Origin: an uncultured Ectothiorhodospiraceae bacterium
Lineage (GTDB): Bacteria; Pseudomonadota; Gammaproteobacteria; SZUA-152
DNA length: 64,000 nt
Assembly: GCA_964401355.1 (NCBI GenBank)
Contig: CAYNYJ010000004.1
Coordinates: 2,359 to 66,358 of the forward strand
Direction: 5' to 3'
Shown: piece by piece, positions 22,945-33,516 of the stretch
Layout of the letters: every line of letters begins with the position of its first letter
Position numbering within the stretch: the stretch's first letter is position 1
Notes under the pieces: model-generated
Database searches by the model: none
What the model was told of the DNA's origin: nothing
Seen by the model: only the letters and a program-made list of their open reading frames with translations
Made by a program: the position numbers and the translations under genes

Positions 22945-22980
22945 TTTCTTTCTCCTTAATTAACGATTTTTAACCGACCG

Positions 22981-25122
22981 CTAAACCGATACCTGTACAT
23001 ATTTTTCTGCCATTCTTTCTGCCGTTGTTGCCAGATGCGCGACCTCCGGCAACGACGCCTGCACATCCAAACCCACATCAATCTCACTACATGCCTTTGC
23101 GGCCAGCACTGTCCACAGATCCTGAGCCTTGGCCAACTTTTCAAAACGGGCATCATCAAAAACTGTGCGCAATTGCTCCGCCTCTTCAATAAACACCAAC
23201 ATGGAATCCGCAAGTTGCGCGGTCGCGTGCGCCTGCTCCATCACCTTTCCTGCCAGCACATTCAACTCATCCGCTGGATTCTTTTCGCCCTCCACATGCA
23301 GCAGCGCTTTACCCACCAGGCGAATAATGGCTTCAACACAATCCAGTGCCTCGTCATATTTTTTCGCCAATTGAAAGACTCGACGATATTCCCGTTCATG
23401 CGCCGCCTCTGAAAAATTTGCCGAGACCGCATCATGTTTTGATCCCATGCACTCGCCACCGCCCAGTGCCAGCACCCGGAAATCTTCCGTCTCGCCAAAA
23501 TCCTTTAACAGCAACTCACTGCTTGACCCACTAATGCTAGTTAGATCTTCTAACAATTCAGCAAAGAAATCTTTGCCCTGGCGCTGTGCCCACACCGTGA
23601 ATATTTCGTTATCTTTGCGTGAATGCTCAAACGCCTCTTTGACCCGCTTCACCGCAGCCGGTGCCAGACGCGCCGGCACCTCGGGACCACGCAGCGCAAT
23701 CTGCCCACCGTTACGTCCGTCACCTCCAAAGTGCAACCGGTAATGGGGAATCAACTTTCCGTTAATGCGCCGACCTTCACCGTGCAAACCAATATCACCC
23801 ACGGTGGGCTGGGCGCAGCCATTGTGACAACCACTGACTCGAATCCGCAGGTCACCCGCCCCGCCACTCAACTCGTTGCAGACCAATCGCGATGCGGTAA
23901 TGCCCAAGCGGCAAGTCCAGGTGCCGGGGCAGGCCACCACGTCGTCGCCAGCGGCGGGCGCGGCCAAACCCATCCGACTCACGCTGTTTTTAATGATCTG
24001 TAAATCGCTTTGAGGAATATTCATCAGCATCAGGTTTTGATCCTGAGTGACGCGCATTTCCACCGCTATCGGCTTGTTTGCCTGAGTCTGTTCCAGCGGT
24101 TGCTCCACCAGGGTCGCCAGATCACGCATTTGTGCCGCATTCAAATCCCCCAGGGGCAGGCTCACCGGGTACACATAAAGCCCAGCTTGCCGCTGTTGCA
24201 GAACATCGCGTGGCGCACCAGTGGCGGAAATTTTTGCTTTCGCCGTTTCATCCGCTGTCAGCCAATTTGCCGGAGGCAAAGCATCACTGGCATACACCTG
24301 CCGGGTACGTTGCAATTCCATCTGGTATTTTTGAATAAATTCAGCTTCGCCCAGCCGTTCCAGCAAAAATTTCAAGCGTGCCCGGGCGCGACGTTTACGA
24401 TCCGAATAACGGTGATGCAGGGCCAGCACCGCTTCGATCACCGGCAACAATTCCGACTCTTTGATGAATTCTTCCAAAGTGATGGCCGCGCGCGGTTTGT
24501 GCCCGAGGCCACCCGCCGCCAACACCTTGTAACCGAATTTTCCATCGCGCCGAATGGCGATCACCGCCAAATCGTGAAACAGCCCCTGCGCGCAATCGGC
24601 CTCGCAACCGGAAAAACTCATTTTGAATTTACGCGGCAGATGTTGGGTCAGCGGGTGGCGCATGAAACGCTGTGCCACCGCATCTACCACCGGCTGCACG
24701 TTGCTGTGCTCGCAAGGGCAGACACCCGCCAGCGGGCAGGCGGTAATGTTGCGTACGGTATTTCCGCAGGCCTCGCGCGAGGTCAGCCCTTGTGCGCCCA
24801 GCTGTTCCAGCACCGCCGGGGTATCGCCCAGCGGGATGCTGTGTAACTGAATATCCTGTCGCGTGGTGACACTGGCGATATCCAGCTTTGAATAATCGTC
24901 CAGCACATCGGCAATGGCACTCAGTTGCTTCGCGGACACCCGGCCGCCGGGCAATTTGATGCGCACCATGTTGACGCCTTCCTGGCGTTGCCCGTACACG
25001 CCCTGTTGCAGGCGAATCGCCTGAAAACGGGTTTCATCGAGCTCTCCCGCCAACACACCCTTCACCGCCTGACGGTACTGAGTCAGCTCCCCGGTCTCTA
25101 TCCAACGTTTGTTCTGTTCCAT
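22981..25122 (-). CDS. Siroheme nitrite/sulfite reductase (ferredoxin-type) with C-terminal extension
   Basis: GVYGQRQ, TTRQDIQ, ACGNTVRN, LPRKFK, CPGTWTCRLG, SGCHNGC. The cysH/cysB context indicates sulfite reductase. Confidence 0.88.
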   Translation of the reverse strand: MEQNKRWIETGELTQYRQAVKGVLAGELDETRFQAIRLQQGVYGQRQEGVNMVRIKLPGGRVSAKQLSAIADVLDDYSKLDIASVTTRQDIQLHSIPLGDTPAVLEQLGAQGLTSREACGNTVRNITACPLAGVCPCEHSNVQPVVDAVAQRFMRHPLTQHLPRKFKMSFSGCEADCAQGLFHDLAVIAIRRDGKFGYKVLAAGGLGHKPRAAITLEEFIKESELLPVIEAVLALHHRYSDRKRRARARLKFLLERLGEAEFIQKYQMELQRTRQVYASDALPPANWLTADETAKAKISATGAPRDVLQQRQAGLYVYPVSLPLGDLNAAQMRDLATLVEQPLEQTQANKPIAVEMRVTQDQNLMLMNIPQSDLQIIKNSVSRMGLAAPAAGDDVVACPGTWTCRLGITASRLVCNELSGGAGDLRIRVSGCHNGCAQPTVGDIGLHGEGRRINGKLIPHYRLHFGGDGRNGGQIALRGPEVPARLAPAAVKRVKEAFEHSRKDNEIFTVWAQRQGKDFFAELLEDLTSISGSSSELLLKDFGETEDFRVLALGGGECMGSKHDAVSANFSEAAHEREYRRVFQLAKKYDEALDCVEAIIRLVGKALLHVEGEKNPADELNVLAGKVMEQAHATAQLADSMLVFIEEAEQLRTVFDDARFEKLAKAQDLWTVLAAKACSEIDVGLDVQASLPEVAHLATTAERMAEKYVQVSV

Positions 25123-25154
25123 CTTTCTTCCCCCTGTAAATCCCAGTCCTTCGC

Positions 25155-25931
25155 TCACGCCACCAGCCGCAGGCCAATCACCAACAACAAACTGACCAGC
25201 ACCGCACGCAACCAAGCCTCCGGCACCCGTACACTGAGTCGGCTACCCACATAAATGCCTGGCAACGAACCGATCAGCAGACTGCCCAGCAGCACCCAAT
25301 CCACCGTACCCAGTTGCCAGTGACCAAGACCGGCAACGGCGGTCAACGGCACGGCATGAGCAAGATCCGTGCCCACCACACGCACCGCTTTCATGCGGGG
25401 ATACAGCCAAAACAACGCGGCCACACCCATTGCACCCGCACCCACCGAGGTCAACGTGACCAGCACCCCCAGTACCGCGCCCGTCAACACCGTCGCGACA
25501 TGAATTTTGTTTCCCGTTTCACCCGACAAGCGACTCGCTGTTGCGCTGCCTTGCGCCAGACGACGTCTGAACAACAAGGCAGCGGCGCTGATTATCAGCG
25601 CTATTCCCAGGGTGGTGGTCATCAAATTCTGCGCAAACTCCGTATGCAAGTTCACCTGCCGTAGCGCCAACAAGGTGAGCAGCGCGGCGGGCAAACTGCC
25701 CAACAACATCCGTCGCACGATGGGCCACTCCACCGAACCCAGGCGGGCATGCGTCCAGACACCATTGGCCTTGGTGATGGCGGCAAACATCAAGTCAGTA
25801 CCCACTGCCACGGCGGGGGCGATGCCAAAACCGAAGATCAGCAATGGCGTCATCAGTGCGCCGCCACCCACCCCGGTCAGCCCGACCAGAGCGCCGACAG
25901 CAAAACCTGAAATAATAAAAATGATGTCCAT
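25155..25931 (-). CDS. Sulfite exporter TauE/SafE family membrane protein
   Basis: GLTGVGGGALMTP, AVGTDL, VGTDLAHAVPLT; multiple TM helices. Confidence 0.9.
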   Translation of the reverse strand: MDIIFIISGFAVGALVGLTGVGGGALMTPLLIFGFGIAPAVAVGTDLMFAAITKANGVWTHARLGSVEWPIVRRMLLGSLPAALLTLLALRQVNLHTEFAQNLMTTTLGIALIISAAALLFRRRLAQGSATASRLSGETGNKIHVATVLTGAVLGVLVTLTSVGAGAMGVAALFWLYPRMKAVRVVGTDLAHAVPLTAVAGLGHWQLGTVDWVLLGSLLIGSLPGIYVGSRLSVRVPEAWLRAVLVSLLLVIGLRLVA

Positions 25932-25985
25932 GCGCGTGTATTTCCTGTGTGTGCGCAGACAGTAGCAAGCCACAAATAGATTGAA

Positions 25986-26030
25986 AAAGAATAAAAACCT
26001 CTTTATAAAGACCATTAAGTTCTTATTGAG
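25986..26030. promoter_or_regulatory. Probable CysB-binding divergent promoter region
   Basis: AT-rich tract (AAGAATAAAAACCTCTTTATAAAGACCATTAAGTTCTTATT) between divergent cysB and its likely target operon; positional inference only. Confidence 0.35.
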
Positions 26031-26162
26031 CGCGCAAACGTGGCGCATACAGCAACCCATTCACCCCACGAAAAGAATCGAACCCATGCCACACACTGAC
26101 GTCCATTGCAGACAAACCCACCCTGCTTTCACCGCCAAAACCACGACCACCGAGGGCAATAC

Positions 26163-27089
26163 ATGAAACTGCACCAACTACGTTGCATTTGCGCCGTCGC
26201 GGATCAGCAACTCAATGTCACCGCCGCAGCCGCCGCCATGTACACCTCCCAGCCGGGCGTCAGCAAACAAATCCGCCTGCTGGAAGCCGAGCTGGGTGTC
26301 CCCATTTTTGCCCGCGAGGGCAAACGGCTCACCGCTATTACCGAGCCCGGCGCCGAGATCATCCGCGCGGCACGACGTATGCTGCGCGAGACGGAGAACA
26401 TCGGTCGCATCGGCGCCGACTACAATGACCAGGCGCACGGCACCCTGACCCTGGCCACCACACACACCCAGGCGCGTTATGTGTTGCCGCCGGTGATCCA
26501 GCAATTTCGCCAGCGTTTTCCCGAAGTCTATCTGCAACTGCGTCAGGGCAATCCCACCCAGATTTGCGACATGACCCAGCGCGGCGAAGCCGACATTGTC
26601 ATCGCCACCGAGGCCGTGTCTGGCGCCGACGGGCTCATCGCCCTGCCGTGCTACCGTTGGCATCACTGCGTGGTGGTACCGCCAGACCACCCCCTGCTGG
26701 AAAAGACCGCGCCACTGACCTTGCAGGATTTGGCCGAGCACCCCATCGTTACCTACGATTTCGCCTTCGCCGGGCGCAGCCAGCTCAACGACGCCTTTCA
26801 GTCCGCCAAACTGCAACCCAAAATTGTCCTCACCGCGCTGGATGCCGACGTCATCAAGACTTACGTGGGGCTCGGCCTGGGCATCGGTCTGCTGGCCGAT
26901 GTGGCCTTCGAGGCACAGCGCGACCGCGACCTGCGCCGCATCGACATCAGCCACCTGTTCCCGGCCAGCACCACTTGGGTAGGCATCCGCCGCGGCAGCT
27001 ACCTGCGCCAGTTTATTTTCGATTTTGTGGAGCTGTTTGCCCCGCACCTGAGCCGGGCAAAATTGCGCGCCGCGCTCAATGTTGAATAG
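26163..27089 (+). CDS. cysB: CysB/Cbl family LysR transcriptional regulator
   Basis: MKLHQLR, TSQPGVSKQI, ATTHTQARY, DADVIKTYV. Confidence 0.92.
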   Translation: MKLHQLRCICAVADQQLNVTAAAAAMYTSQPGVSKQIRLLEAELGVPIFAREGKRLTAITEPGAEIIRAARRMLRETENIGRIGADYNDQAHGTLTLATTHTQARYVLPPVIQQFRQRFPEVYLQLRQGNPTQICDMTQRGEADIVIATEAVSGADGLIALPCYRWHHCVVVPPDHPLLEKTAPLTLQDLAEHPIVTYDFAFAGRSQLNDAFQSAKLQPKIVLTALDADVIKTYVGLGLGIGLLADVAFEAQRDRDLRRIDISHLFPASTTWVGIRRGSYLRQFIFDFVELFAPHLSRAKLRAALNVE

Positions 27090-27250
27090 CGGAAAAAATG
27101 AGAACCAGGGGAACCAGCGGGGAATAAAACCACGGCCATTTTTTAACAGAACCAGAGTAGGGTAATTGCCAAACGAACCTGATATTCTTCAAGTTTTCTG
27201 GCCTCAGGATCAGACTCCATCGTTACTCACAACCACTGGCGAACCACATC

Positions 27251-28645
27251 ATGAATCCAACCCCCCCCCAGCTCGACCCCAGCATTTTCAAAGCCTACGA
27301 CATCCGCGGCATTGTCGATGACACCCTCACCGAAGACGCGGTGTACTGGATCGGGCGGGCGCTGGGAGCAGAGGCCGAGGCACGCGGCGAGCAACATATT
27401 TACGTGGCGCGTGATGGCCGCCTCTCCGGGCCGAAGCTCATCGCCGCACTCAGCAAAGGCCTGCTTGAAGCGGGGCGCGATGTCACCGACCTCGGCATGG
27501 TACCCACCCCGGTGCTGTACTACGCCGCCTACGAAATTGGCAGCGGCTCCGGCATCATGATCACTGGCAGCCATAATCCACCGCAGTACAACGGCCTGAA
27601 AATGGTGTTGGCTGGCACCACCCTGTCCGGGCCTGACATTCAATTACTGTGTAAACGCATCGAAACTGGCGACCTTGCCACCCGCCCCGAGGCTGGCAAA
27701 CAGGATTCAACCGATGTGGTGACACAGTATATTGCCCGCATCATGGGCGACGTAAAACTGGCCAAACCGATGAAAGTCATCATCGACTGTGGCAATGGCG
27801 TTGCCGGCGTGGTCGCCCCGCAACTGCTGCGTGAACTGGGTTGCGAGGTCGTTGAATTATTTTGCGACGTAGACGGTACCTTCCCCAATCATCACCCCGA
27901 CCCCAGCAAGCCGGAGAACCTGGTCGATCTGATAAAAGCACTCGCGGATCAAAACGCCGACATCGGTCTTGCCTTCGACGGCGATGGCGACCGCCTCGGC
28001 GTAGTCACCCCCAGCGGCAACGTAATCTGGGCCGACCGCCAAATGATGCTGTACGCGCAGGATGTGTTGTCCCGCAACCCCGGCGCAGAAATCATTTACG
28101 ACGTCAAATGCACCACCAATCTGCATAAAATTATTGAGGCGGCTGGCGGCAAAGCCACCATGTGGAAAACCGGTCACAGCTTCATCAAGGCCAAACTCAA
28201 AGAAAGCGGCGCACAACTGGGCGGCGAAATGAGCGGCCACATCTTTTTCAAAGAACGCTGGTACGGTTTTGACGACGCCACTTACACCGCAGCGCGCCTG
28301 TTGGAAATCCTCGCTAAAGACGGCCGCTCGGCCGACGACATTTTTAACGCGCTGCCTGACAACATCAACACACCGGAATTGAATCTAATGACGGCTGAAG
28401 GGGAAAACCACCCACTCGTCAATAAGCTGGTTGCCGCTGCTGATTTCCCCGGTGCGAAAATCACCACCATCGATGGACTGCGGGTGGATTTCGAAGATGG
28501 CTTTGGATTGGTGCGGGCGTCTAATACAACGCCTTGTTTAGTATTTCGGTTTGAGGCGACGACGGAAGAAGCGTTGGCGCGGATTCAGAATGGGTTTCGT
28601 CAGCTTGTAGCGGCGCAGATTCCTGATGCTGATCTGCCTTTTTAA
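27251..28645 (+). CDS. algC: Phosphomannomutase/phosphoglucomutase
   Basis: IFKAYDIRG, TGSHNP, FDGDGDR, GEMSGH, RASNT. Confidence 0.95.
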   Translation: MNPTPPQLDPSIFKAYDIRGIVDDTLTEDAVYWIGRALGAEAEARGEQHIYVARDGRLSGPKLIAALSKGLLEAGRDVTDLGMVPTPVLYYAAYEIGSGSGIMITGSHNPPQYNGLKMVLAGTTLSGPDIQLLCKRIETGDLATRPEAGKQDSTDVVTQYIARIMGDVKLAKPMKVIIDCGNGVAGVVAPQLLRELGCEVVELFCDVDGTFPNHHPDPSKPENLVDLIKALADQNADIGLAFDGDGDRLGVVTPSGNVIWADRQMMLYAQDVLSRNPGAEIIYDVKCTTNLHKIIEAAGGKATMWKTGHSFIKAKLKESGAQLGGEMSGHIFFKERWYGFDDATYTAARLLEILAKDGRSADDIFNALPDNINTPELNLMTAEGENHPLVNKLVAAADFPGAKITTIDGLRVDFEDGFGLVRASNTTPCLVFRFEATTEEALARIQNGFRQLVAAQIPDADLPF

Positions 28646-28660
28646 AACATCATTTGAAGT

Positions 28661-28688
28661 CGCAGAGCGGGCACGTTATTTGTACCCA
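28661..28688 (+). repeat. Degenerate GTAG-type REP-like sequence (left flank of cassette)
   Basis: CGCAGAGCGGGCACGTTATTTGTACCCA; inverted counterpart at 30072-30091. Confidence 0.5.
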
Positions 28689-28786
28689 GTTGTTAAAATT
28701 TCTGCGGATGATTTACTGTTAGTATTTTGGCGGCAATATATATTGTTAATAATAATGCTCATTTTCAGCCATGAATGGAATCCATA

Positions 28787-29264
28787 ATGAATTTTGACTG
28801 CTTAACAAACCATGACATTGAGCACCTGGTGCGCTTGCCAAAGCAAGTCAAAAATCCCAATATTCGCTGGTCTGAAAAACCAGGCCACCGGCAAAAAAAC
28901 TATAAAGTGACTAGCGGAGACTATTTGTTTGAGTTATATCTTCTTGTTTGAGTTATATCTTCGCCAGAATCAGATGGACATAGATAACTTTTCCTGCGGC
29001 CTATCTGTCATAAAACCAAACGGGCAACGCTTAACACTACTTCGTTACAATGGTAGCAACCATAGTCATGGGGATATTACCTTTGCTTGTCATATTCACA
29101 AAGCGACTGAAAAAGCGATTAATGAGGGTAAAAGTCCGGAAAGTCATGCCAAAGAAACAGATTTATACCATACTCTAGTCGGCGCGTTATCTCACTTGGT
29201 AGAAGATGCCAACATTGGCGGTTTGCCTAAGCTAAAAACTGATGAGCCTGATTTATTTAAATAG
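28787..29264 (+). pseudogene. HxH-motif hypothetical protein, frameshifted by a 19-bp tandem duplication
   Basis: MNFDCLTNHDIEHLVRLPK...GDYLFELYL continues in another frame as LFELYLRQNQ...RYNGSNHSH...CHIH. Removing one TTGTTTGAGTTATATCTTC copy (28925-28943 or 28944-28962) restores a 152-aa ORF. Confidence 0.8.
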
Positions 29265-29273
29265 GAGGTGGCA

Positions 29274-30056
29274 ATGCTTGACCTGCTAAATCAAGAACAA
29301 CTTTGTGAGCAATTTTGTGCCAAGGTACAACTTCACCGTCGCAACAATGGCATGCTGATGTTGCAAACCCCATTTTCATATCTTGATGGGGATCAGTATG
29401 CATTATATCTTTCAGAAATTAGCACTGGCGGTATACGTGTTTCCGATGGTGGTCACACGCTAATGCATTTAAGTTATGAAAATGATGTCGATAAGTTTTT
29501 TTCAAGCACCAGAAATATACTTCTTCATCAAATCATTGCGGAACAAAACGTTAATTTCTCTGATGAAAATGGCCAGTTTTCTATTGATACCAGCGCTGAT
29601 CATTTAGCAGAAGCAGCTTTCAAACTAGGCCAAGCTTTGACGCGCATTCATGATTTAACTTTCTTAAATCGTTCGCGTGTAGCGTCCACATTTTATGATG
29701 ACCTAAAAGAGCAGTTAGCCACAATAGTTCCAGAAGAAAAAATTCAACATGACTATATTGTAAATGGACTACCTAACGCAGAGCAATATCCAGTTGACTT
29801 TTGTGTTGAGGGAAAATCAGGAACTCCTATTTTTTTATTTGGAATACTAAACAGAGATAAAGCAAGGCTAGCAACAATTTTTCTCCAATATTACCATCAA
29901 CAGCATATCGATTTTGACTCACTGCTAGTTTTTGAAGATCAGGAAGAAATCCCGCGCTCAGACCTTTCAAGACTTTCCAATGTCGGTGGTGAAATGATTT
30001 CTTCATTAAACGCTGAAGATGACTTCCGAAGGAAAATTGAAAAGAAAGCCGCGTAG
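29274..30056 (+). CDS. DUF1828-like hypothetical protein
   Basis: AGGAGG RBS; TPFSYLDGD...VSDGGHTLMHLSYE pattern recognised as DUF1828-like; AT-rich. Confidence 0.7.
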   Translation: MLDLLNQEQLCEQFCAKVQLHRRNNGMLMLQTPFSYLDGDQYALYLSEISTGGIRVSDGGHTLMHLSYENDVDKFFSSTRNILLHQIIAEQNVNFSDENGQFSIDTSADHLAEAAFKLGQALTRIHDLTFLNRSRVASTFYDDLKEQLATIVPEEKIQHDYIVNGLPNAEQYPVDFCVEGKSGTPIFLFGILNRDKARLATIFLQYYHQQHIDFDSLLVFEDQEEIPRSDLSRLSNVGGEMISSLNAEDDFRRKIEKKAA

Positions 30057-30071
30057 CTAACATGCAGCCAG

Positions 30072-31212
<1,141 letters not shown>

Positions 31213-31253
31213 TCACCTCCCACCCATCCGCATTCCCACTGGAGACGTCAATC

Positions 31254-31862
31254 GTGTCTGATAAACCCAAGCGCGCCCAACAAATCCTCGAAGCCCTCGC
31301 GCTTCAACTGGAAACCCATCCCGGTAAACGCATTACCACCGCCGCGCTGGCAAAAGAGGTCGGCGTTTCCGAAGCCGCGTTGTATCGCCACTTTCCCAGC
31401 AAGGCACGCATGTTTGAGGCGCTGATCGAATTTATCGAGGACACGGTGTTTGGACTAGTGACGCAAATTCTCGAACAACACCACAGCGCCGCCGCACGTT
31501 GCGAGCACATCCTCAACATGCTACTGGGCTTTTCGGCACGCAATCCAGGACTGACACGTATTCTGGTCGGTGACGCATTGACCGGTGAACATGATCGACT
31601 ACGGGTGCGCATTTCTCAATTTTACGATCGTCTCGAAACTCAGCTCAAACAAATCTTGCGCGAAGCCGAAAGTAAAAATGAGTTACCCGTGGGTCACCCT
31701 TCCACTGCCATCGCCAACCTGCTATTGGCCACGGCCGAGGGACGCATGAATCAATTTGTGCGCAGCGGTTTTCAATGGTCACCGCTGGAACGCTGGGAAC
31801 AACAATGGACGCTGCTTGCAAGCGCGCTTTTCCCCACGCCCAGTAGTTTGGCAAAAAAATAA
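31254..31862 (+). CDS. slmA: Nucleoid occlusion factor SlmA (TetR family)
   Basis: ITTAALAKEVGVSEAALYRHFPSKARMFE; follows argB. Confidence 0.92.
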   Translation: MSDKPKRAQQILEALALQLETHPGKRITTAALAKEVGVSEAALYRHFPSKARMFEALIEFIEDTVFGLVTQILEQHHSAAARCEHILNMLLGFSARNPGLTRILVGDALTGEHDRLRVRISQFYDRLETQLKQILREAESKNELPVGHPSTAIANLLLATAEGRMNQFVRSGFQWSPLERWEQQWTLLASALFPTPSSLAKK

Positions 31863-31874
31863 TTCCCACTCAAG

Positions 31875-32630
31875 GTGGACTGGCTAACCCACTCTCTGCT
31901 GTTTCTCATTTCGCTAGTGGCGAATATTTTTTCCGCTTTTGCCGGCGGCGGTGCCGGGCTGCTGCAATTGCCTGCACTGATCTTTCTCGGCCTGCCTTTC
32001 GGGGTGGCATTGGCGACGCATAAAATCGCCAGCGTGGCATTGGGTATTGGTGCCACCCTGCGCAATTTACGTGAAGGGGGCCTGCAACGACGTTTGACCC
32101 TGTTTATTATTTTCTGTGGTATACCCGGTGTAGTGATCGGTGCCAGTGTGATTTTATTTGTACCGAATCGCAGTGCCGAAATTGCCCTCGGTTTCCTCAC
32201 AGTGTCGCTCGGCCTGTATTCGATTTTTAAACCGGCGCTGGGACAAGCGACACGCTATCCCCAACAAAATCTTCGTCACTATATCATCGGCGGAAGCGTG
32301 TTATTTGCTATCGGCATTTTGAACGGTTCACTCACCTCCGGGACCGGGCTGTTTGTAACACTGTGGCTGGTGCGCTGGTTTGGGCTCGAATACAAACGCG
32401 CCGTGGCCCACACGCTGGTATTGGTCGGCCTGTTCTGGAATGGTAGCGGTGCAATCACCCTCGGCATGCTGGGCGATATTGAGTGGAGCTGGCTACCCGC
32501 CTTGCTAGCAGGTTCACTGCTAGGCGGTTACATCGGTGCACACCTGGCGATCACCCAGGGCAACCGGTGGATAAAACGCGCCTTTGAATTCATTACACTG
32601 GCCGTTGGATTAACACTGATATTTGGCTAA
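31875..32630 (+). CDS. TauE/SafE family membrane protein (second paralog)
   Basis: AGGGAGLLQLP, ALATHK, SGTGLF; about 8 TM helices. Confidence 0.85.
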   Translation: MDWLTHSLLFLISLVANIFSAFAGGGAGLLQLPALIFLGLPFGVALATHKIASVALGIGATLRNLREGGLQRRLTLFIIFCGIPGVVIGASVILFVPNRSAEIALGFLTVSLGLYSIFKPALGQATRYPQQNLRHYIIGGSVLFAIGILNGSLTSGTGLFVTLWLVRWFGLEYKRAVAHTLVLVGLFWNGSGAITLGMLGDIEWSWLPALLAGSLLGGYIGAHLAITQGNRWIKRAFEFITLAVGLTLIFG

Positions 32631-32766
32631 CAGCACTACCACTCTATATTTTTTCGCCTATCAATTTTGTTGATCCTGGCGTTAAAACTCTCGATTATGA
32701 TTTCACTGCCAACAACTTTCTGCGGTCTACACTAAAAGCATGGTGAACCACTAAGGAGGCACTGTT

Positions 32767-33147
32767 ATGAAGCTCTATAAACTCGGCACCCACGTCGAGG
32801 GCTGGCAGAATATGCTTGAGCTGCTGGTCGCAACCTGGATAATCTTTTCTCCCTTCGCGCTCGGTTTTTGGAATAATCCTGCAGCCGGACTGACCACACT
32901 CTTTATCGGCGCAACTGCTATCTTTATTTCCCAACTCGGTCTTGCCAAACAACAACCCTGGGAAGAATGGGCGATACTTGTGCTGGCCGTAATCTTGATT
33001 GGTTCACCCTGGTTATTTGGTTACGCAACCGTAGCGGCTGCGGCATGGAGTGCTGTCATTTCCGGAGGCATGCTGGCGGCATTAAGTGTCAGTGCGATGA
33101 CCACGGAATACGCGGAAATGCATCGTGTGTCCAATTTGCATTCCTGA
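32767..33147 (+). CDS. SPW repeat membrane protein
   Basis: WIIFSPFALG and WEEW...GSPWLFGY repeats; AGGAGG RBS. Confidence 0.8.
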   Translation: MKLYKLGTHVEGWQNMLELLVATWIIFSPFALGFWNNPAAGLTTLFIGATAIFISQLGLAKQQPWEEWAILVLAVILIGSPWLFGYATVAAAAWSAVISGGMLAALSVSAMTTEYAEMHRVSNLHS

Positions 33148-33227
33148 ACAGGCGCTTTCGATATTCATGTATATTTTGACGGTGGTGCCAGACGCAGAAA
33201 AAAGAAACATGTTATAGATTGTATTTA

Positions 33228-33319
33228 CCGACAAAAAGCTTCATTTTATCGCACACGCTTCCTTAACGTGTGCTGACCCGCTCGGTTCAGCAGCCAGTTG
33301 GCCGAGTGGGTCTTTTTTT
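33228..33319 (+). ncRNA. Candidate small RNA / intrinsic terminator
   Basis: Hairpin GCACACG-CTTCCTTAA-CGTGTGC (33251-33273) followed by GC-rich stem GACCCGCTCGG...CCGAGTGGGTC + T7 (33275-33319). The 5' end is a guess. Confidence 0.4.
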
Positions 33320-33516
33320 GTCCCCTCATCCCGGCGCTGTCGCTTGGGGAAGCTTTAGTGGCTTCTGCGCGACACCCATTAACGTCTGAATAATAAAATC
33401 CAAATTCACGAATAGACCAGAAGGTTCTTAAATTCACTTTATCAAAGGATGGCTCTGGCACTCCCGGCGTGGACCAGTTGACTAGGCGCTGCTGTTTTAC
33501 TTGGATAAATAAACCT

